From a virus (Duplodnaviria; Caudoviricetes), in the IMG/VR virus record IMGVR_UViG_3300032219_001854, positions 1 through 64,000 of that record: a DNA stretch of 64,000 bases. One strand, given 5' to 3'. Position numbers and translations under genes: made by a program. Shown piece after piece: positions 59,598 to 64,000 of the stretch. Each line of letters opens with the position of its first letter. Position 1 is the first letter of the stretch. The notes under the pieces are model-generated. The model saw only the letters and a program-made list of their open reading frames with translations. It was not told where the DNA came from and ran no database searches.

Positions 59598-59630
59598 ACC
59601 CTCGATATATACTATCGAGGGTTTTTTATT
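59598..59630 (+). terminator. Rho-independent terminator overlapping a GATATATA motif
   Basis: Perfect 10-bp stem ACCCTCGATA/TATCGAGGGT, 5-nt loop, followed by TTTTTATT. Confidence 0.8.
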
Positions 59631-59644
59631 TACTCTGAAAAAAT

Positions 59645-59818
59645 ATGGAAAAGAAAAAAACAAGATCAGCAGAGACAAGCTCATATAAACCACCAGTTTC
59701 TCCAGTTAAAATACAGGATGGAGATACTGGATTTAATATCGTAAAGAATAACTACCGTAGATTTATTTGGACTTGGAATGAATATATAAATAAAAAGCCA
59801 AAATTCCAAAAAACATAA
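59645..59818 (+). CDS. Small hypothetical protein, 57 aa (not in ORF track)
   Basis: MEKKKTRSAETSSYKPPVSPVKIQDGDTGFNIVKNNYRRFIWTWNEYINKKPKFQKT*; fills the gap. Confidence 0.55.
   Translation: MEKKKTRSAETSSYKPPVSPVKIQDGDTGFNIVKNNYRRFIWTWNEYINKKPKFQKT
59780..59788 (+). promoter_or_regulatory. GAATATATA variant (DUF3008-like gene)
   Basis: Upstream of ATG 59823. Confidence 0.4.
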
Positions 59819-59822
59819 ATTT

Positions 59823-60155
59823 ATGCCAGCAGTATCTAGAACACAGCAGAGATTAATGGGACAGGCATACGGTGTCCGTAAATTTATGGATACTAATGGT
59901 AAAGAGGGATTAGATCCCGAGAATATAGATTCTGAGTATAGAGAAACTATAGTTGATATAGCTAATAATATGAAGAAGAAGGATCTTAAACATTATGCAG
60001 GAACTAAGCATAAGAAACTTCCAGAAAGAATAGAGGAGGAGATTGATACTATAATTCCTCATCTTAGCCCAGAGTCTAATAAACCTAAAAAATCTAAGAC
60101 CAGAAAGATGCAGAATCTATCTGATTATAGAGAATTCATTAATAAAAATAAATAA
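59823..60155 (+). CDS. DUF3008-like protein
   Basis: MPAVSRTQQRLMG...YAGTKHKKLP parallels DUF3008 MPAKSKAQQ...FASTKHKGLP. Confidence 0.65.
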   Translation: MPAVSRTQQRLMGQAYGVRKFMDTNGKEGLDPENIDSEYRETIVDIANNMKKKDLKHYAGTKHKKLPERIEEEIDTIIPHLSPESNKPKKSKTRKMQNLSDYREFINKNK

Positions 60156-60159
60156 GAAT

Positions 60160-60627
60160 ATGAGTGAAGATTGTGGATGTGGTGGAACCACAGATAACAT
60201 AAGAAGTTATGAAAATCATAGACCAGCTAAATACGATCAGGATCCTTTAGTAGGAAAAAAGGTATCATTAATAGATGGTAGAAGTGGTATAGTTGATGAT
60301 TCTATTAGAAATAGTCTAGGGGAAGTAATAGGATATGTTATCGAGGGTGAAAGAGGAATGTATAGAGTATTCAAAGATAAAATATCTTCAGAGATTGAAG
60401 AAAGTGGAGGTCCTATGGCTTCTTTAGCAGGAACACCAGGAATGGGTAACGTTATTCCTCCAGGTCCAGGAAGAACAGGGTCGGGGGATCAATTTCCTAG
60501 CTTAACTGTGGGTACTCCAGCTGCTAAAAAAAAGAAGAAAAAAGTATCTAAGGAGAACACTAGCCCTATAAGTAGCTCTTTAATGGATTTTAAAACATTC
60601 ATGAATAATACTAAAACTAATCAATAG
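60160..60627 (+). CDS. Hypothetical protein (SH3-like core, disordered C-terminus)
   Basis: LVGKKVSLIDGRSGIV beta pattern; ends LMDFKTFMNN. Confidence 0.6.
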   Translation: MSEDCGCGGTTDNIRSYENHRPAKYDQDPLVGKKVSLIDGRSGIVDDSIRNSLGEVIGYVIEGERGMYRVFKDKISSEIEESGGPMASLAGTPGMGNVIPPGPGRTGSGDQFPSLTVGTPAAKKKKKKVSKENTSPISSSLMDFKTFMNNTKTNQ

Positions 60628-60656
60628 ATTTGATATTAATTTCTTAATTTAGCTTA

Positions 60657-61043
60657 GTGCAAAAAATTAAGATAATACAAGAAGAATATTCTAATGATCC
60701 ATGGAAGGTTTTAGTCTGTTGTATATTACTGAATCAGACAAGTAATAAACAAGTTAGACCTTTAATAGAAAAATTCTTTAATAAATGGCCAGATCCTCAA
60801 TCTTTATTGAAAGAGGAGAATCTGGCCATTTCTGATTTTATAAAATCAACAGGATTCCAAAATATAAAAGCTAAAAGAATTAAGGAGTTTTCTAATGCTT
60901 GGGTAATGGGTATAAGGGATCCTTTTAAATTTCCTGGTGTTGGCGATTACGGTAGGGAAGCTTGGAGAATATTTGTAACAAGGGACTTATCATTCATTCC
61001 TAAAGATAAAAAACTTAAAATTTATTTAGAATCGGTTCAGTAA
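60657..61043 (+). CDS. MBD4-like HhH DNA glycosylase (GTG start)
   Basis: IQE...DPWKVLVCCILLNQTS...FPGVGDYGREAWRIF...PKDKKL parallels MBD4 VQE..DPWKLLIATIFLNRTS...LHGIGKYGNDSYRIF...PEDHKL. Confidence 0.85.
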   Translation: MQKIKIIQEEYSNDPWKVLVCCILLNQTSNKQVRPLIEKFFNKWPDPQSLLKEENLAISDFIKSTGFQNIKAKRIKEFSNAWVMGIRDPFKFPGVGDYGREAWRIFVTRDLSFIPKDKKLKIYLESVQ

Positions 61044-61053
61044 TATATACTAC

Positions 61054-61635
61054 ATGAATCATTTATTTACTTTCCAGGAGTTATACGAAAAGCTTCAAAT
61101 GGTAACGGCCAATTGGTCTATAATAAGCAACGAAAGCTCATTCGAGAAAAAAGTAGAAAGCGGATATCTAGTTTTTAGTAAAAACGGAACATTCTCTATC
61201 ATATACAAAAAAAATAAGGATAAGGAAGAATCCAGAATAGAATTCTATTCAAGTAAAGAAAATTCAACAGATAAAAAATCTGTATGCGAATGTAAAATAA
61301 CTACAGATGCAGGAGCTGACAGAGTGAGGAAAGGATTCGGAGATATAACCCCAGATAATATGTGGGATATATTAGTAACCTTCTTCGATTACTCGGATCT
61401 AGAAAAAATAGATAAGAATTCAGTTGATAGATTTATGATGGGATTTACTAAATCTATAAAGGAAGTAAATAAGAGTGAAGACAAGGATCAGTTATCACCA
61501 TCATTTAAGATTTTTTATAAGTATCTTTCTGATTGGAGTACTAAATCTAAAAATATTCCTCCTGTTACGACTGATGAATATGACTTCATGGATATAGTTA
61601 ATAAATTTACAACATATTTTAAATCTAATAAGTAA
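61054..61635 (+). CDS. Hypothetical protein with capsid-targeting-like N-terminus
   Basis: MNHLFTFQELYE; TAATATATA upstream. Confidence 0.6.
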   Translation: MNHLFTFQELYEKLQMVTANWSIISNESSFEKKVESGYLVFSKNGTFSIIYKKNKDKEESRIEFYSSKENSTDKKSVCECKITTDAGADRVRKGFGDITPDNMWDILVTFFDYSDLEKIDKNSVDRFMMGFTKSIKEVNKSEDKDQLSPSFKIFYKYLSDWSTKSKNIPPVTTDEYDFMDIVNKFTTYFKSNK

Positions 61636-61941
61636 TTAGATAGCTTCTCTTTTCTTTAATTGATCTAGATAATCCTTCCATACCATTCCACCCTCTTTAA
61701 TAGCGGATTTATTGTATTTGTGTAGCTCTGCTCTTTTGGACATTATATAAGAAGCTATTATAGCATCCTTTAATTCTATTTGTTTCTTGTCCAGCATTTC
61801 CTGTACTTTTTTTACAGATCTAATTGCCTCATCCCTATTAGAAAATCTAAGGCCTGGAGTATACCTCTTTTCCTTGTCAAAAGGATTTATGTCATTTAGA
61901 TAAACTTCCTCGAATAATTTGAAAGATAGAATTTTTTTCAC
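61636..61941 (-). CDS. Hypothetical protein (minus strand, GTG start)
   Basis: MKKILSFKLFEE N-terminus; own GAATATATA upstream on the minus strand; convergent stop abuts 61635. Confidence 0.65.
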   Translation of the reverse strand: MKKILSFKLFEEVYLNDINPFDKEKRYTPGLRFSNRDEAIRSVKKVQEMLDKKQIELKDAIIASYIMSKRAELHKYNKSAIKEGGMVWKDYLDQLKKREAI

Positions 61942-61993
61942 CTATTATATATTCCTTTTTGAAACCTCTTCCCTATAATGCTATAAAATAGAT

Positions 61994-63400
61994 ATGATCA
62001 TTGATATAGAGAATACAGGAAATGGGTTATCTGTCTCCCATTATACTGAAGAAGGAGAAGTAAATTTATTAAAAATTCAGGTACCTAAGCATCTACAATT
62101 TGTTTGGCAAAAAACATCAGAGAATGATAGGAACAAGGATAAAGAATGGAGATCGTGGGATAATTTTCCTATAAAGAAAGTTTCATCTAGTAAATTCGAC
62201 AAATATAGAGTTGTAGAAATATTAGAGGCTATAGATCCAGAGATAACAAAACCATTATGGGATTACCAAACTCCTAAAAAATACTTTGTCGATATTGAGG
62301 TAGAGATAACAGATAACAGAGCGGATTCTTTAGATACTGAAAATTCTAAAAATAGAGTGCTTTCTATAGGGATGGCATCATCTCAAGGAAAAATCCTTGT
62401 AATTGGATTAGAAGATATGGAACCCAGTAGAATATTAAAAATCGAAAGTAGAATAAAGGAGCACTTTAAGGATCAACCTGGAGAATGGACTTTTAATTAT
62501 AGAAAGTTTGAATCTGAATTTGATATGCTATATACATTCTTTTCTAAATTGGTTCCTAAGATGCCTTTAATAACTGGATGGAACTGGTTCGGATATGACT
62601 GGCCTTATCTTATAAACAGAGCAAAAAGATTAGGAATAGATCCTAAAATTGCTTCTCCTAGTGGTATACTTATAGGAATGAATCAAATTCCTATGCACAT
62701 TTTAATGGTGGATTATTTGGACATCTATAAAAAATGGGATAGGGTTGTAAAAATAAGAGAGTCTAACTCTTTGGATTATGTGGCCAACCAAGCAATAGGA
62801 ATAAAAAAGATCGCTTACAGTGGAACATTAAAAGATCTTTATGATTCAGATTTTGAAACATTTATTTTCTATAATGCAGTTGACTGCGCTTTAGTTCATT
62901 ACATAGACAAGAGATTAGATACTTTATCTACATTCTTTAAAATTGCGGAAGTAAGTAGAGTGGAAATAAACAGAGCTCTTTCTCCTGTCTGGACAACAGA
63001 AGTACTAATGCTTCGTAAATTCCTAGATAGAAAGAAAATCATAGTTAATGAAAGAAAAGGCGAGTCTCACGTAAAATTTGAAGGTGCTTATGTTAAGAAA
63101 CCTGAAAGGGGATTATACGAATGGATAGCTTGTTTTGACTTCGCTTCACTATACCCAAATACTATGATGCAGTGGGGAATTTCACCCGAAGCTTATTTAG
63201 GAAAGAATTTAAAAGAAATACCAGAGGGAGCAATAAAAACATCATCGGGAGCTGTATTTTATAATAAAGATGGGGATGAGCCTATTCTTAGAGAAATCCT
63301 AAGGGGACTTTATTCCCAGAGAAAAGCTACAAAGAAGAAATATTTTGAATGCGAGAAAGAAATAGAAAAAATTAAGAAAGCAATAAAAACAAAACAATAA
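61994..63400 (+). CDS. Family B DNA polymerase, N-terminal subunit (exonuclease, palm motif A, first finger helix)
   Basis: Exo I FVDIEVE, Exo II GWNWFGYDWPY, Exo III YNAVDC, motif A CFDFASLYP. Stops before motif B (KxxxNSxYG) and motif C (YGDTDS). Confidence 0.9.
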   Translation: MIIDIENTGNGLSVSHYTEEGEVNLLKIQVPKHLQFVWQKTSENDRNKDKEWRSWDNFPIKKVSSSKFDKYRVVEILEAIDPEITKPLWDYQTPKKYFVDIEVEITDNRADSLDTENSKNRVLSIGMASSQGKILVIGLEDMEPSRILKIESRIKEHFKDQPGEWTFNYRKFESEFDMLYTFFSKLVPKMPLITGWNWFGYDWPYLINRAKRLGIDPKIASPSGILIGMNQIPMHILMVDYLDIYKKWDRVVKIRESNSLDYVANQAIGIKKIAYSGTLKDLYDSDFETFIFYNAVDCALVHYIDKRLDTLSTFFKIAEVSRVEINRALSPVWTTEVLMLRKFLDRKKIIVNERKGESHVKFEGAYVKKPERGLYEWIACFDFASLYPNTMMQWGISPEAYLGKNLKEIPEGAIKTSSGAVFYNKDGDEPILREILRGLYSQRKATKKKYFECEKEIEKIKKAIKTKQ

Positions 63401-63413
63401 AAACAAACATAAC

Positions 63414-63650
63414 ATGAAAATAACAGAAATGCAAAATCACGGGCAAAACTATGTGACTGCTTTGAAAAAAAAGTATGAATACCAAATGGAAGAAGCTAAG
63501 GCTAATTTAGCTCTATATTTTTCTAATACTAACTTAGCCGCTATAGGTGAACACTCTGACCTATTAGCAGAACATGATCGATGGGTGGAATCTTATGCAA
63601 ATGCTAAAGATAAGCTAGAGTCATTAATGTCGCTTTACCCAGAAATATAA
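63414..63650 (+). CDS. Small helical hypothetical protein
   Basis: 78-aa ORF. Confidence 0.6.
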   Translation: MKITEMQNHGQNYVTALKKKYEYQMEEAKANLALYFSNTNLAAIGEHSDLLAEHDRWVESYANAKDKLESLMSLYPEI

Positions 63651-63664
63651 AATAAAAATAAATT

Positions 63665-64000
63665 ATGGCAAATTCAGACAACACTTGTGCAGATCTTCCC
63701 GTAGAAGATTTTCACACAGGAGCAAACGATACATTCGGATTAATCTACAACAAACAAAAAGAATTACAAACTAGATATGGTTTTGATTTTAGTGATTGGA
63801 CACTAAAACAAATTGTAGATTTCTGGATGGTAAATAAACATGCAATGAGTGACGAACTAAATGAGATGTTTGATTCATTAGGAGGTGTTAAAGATGGTAT
63901 TGGATCCGCAGCTTGGAAATACTGGAAGGGAGACAATAAGAAAGCAGCAGAGATGAAAATCTCAGATTTAACAGAATCTGACAAATTGGAATTATTTTAT
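63665..64000 (+). CDS. Dimeric all-alpha dUTPase/dCTPase, gp56-like (3'-truncated; not in ORF track)
   Basis: Manual translation ...KQKELQ...HAMSDELNEMFDSLGG...AAWKYWK...DKLELFY; open to the window end. Confidence 0.75.
   Translation, partial: MANSDNTCADLPVEDFHTGANDTFGLIYNKQKELQTRYGFDFSDWTLKQIVDFWMVNKHAMSDELNEMFDSLGGVKDGIGSAAWKYWKGDNKKAAEMKISDLTESDKLELFY

Noticed and set aside
19072-61043. Eukaryotic giant-virus origin suggested by the MBD4-like and KYG-repeat genes
   Set aside because: gp5, gp6, gp13, gp25, gp32, gp61, UvsY and UvsW homologues define a tailed bacteriophage.
68-63984. Other short antisense or alternate-frame ORFs in the track (e.g. 2126-2374, 14075-14632, 28154-28567, 33901-34341, 63745-63984)
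   Set aside because: They lie within well-supported genes. 63745-63984 is opposite the dUTPase frame.
1-64000. Stop-codon reassignment, as in some large phages
   Set aside because: ORFs of 1700-2258 aa are uninterrupted in code 11, and TAG (1930, 2441, 22630, 49019) and TGA (2592, 19030, 55892) end genes at tight junctions.
1-64000. tRNA, rRNA or large structured ncRNA
   Set aside because: Intergenic gaps are at most ~110 nt and AT-rich; no cloverleaf or GTTCRA T-loop context seen by eye. tRNAscan-SE/Infernal would be needed to confirm.

Overview
Gene-dense, AT-rich 64 kb segment of a large tailed phage (jumbo/mega-myovirus with T4-like gene families). Almost all genes are on the + strand. 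Layout: (1) 1-2.9 kb, GT2 glycosyltransferase, SAM methyltransferase, NUDIX hydrolase and small ORFs; (2) 2.9-49 kb, contractile-tail/baseplate module (gp53/LysM, hub, gp5 spike, gp13 neck, gp25, gp6, a 2258-aa gp7-like wedge with beta-propellers, fibres, tail-tube-fold protein), interrupted by an S1-domain protein, an amidoligase-like protein, a free-standing endonuclease and an inverted phoH; (3) 49-54 kb, RuvC-like resolvase, gp32 SSB, primase, UvsY, UvsW; (4) 54-62 kb, small proteins carrying a T4 capsid-targeting-like peptide, a degenerate ligase/HIGH-nucleotidyltransferase fusion, an Hc1-like protein and an MBD4-like glycosylase; (5) N-terminal half of a split family B DNA polymerase and a partial dimeric dUTPase. 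A GATATATA motif recurs just upstream of many starts (candidate late promoter). A Bacteroidota host is inferred from weak cumulative clues. I saw no tRNA, rRNA, CRISPR array, reverse transcriptase or codon reassignment. All family assignments come from motif recognition by eye; no searches were run.
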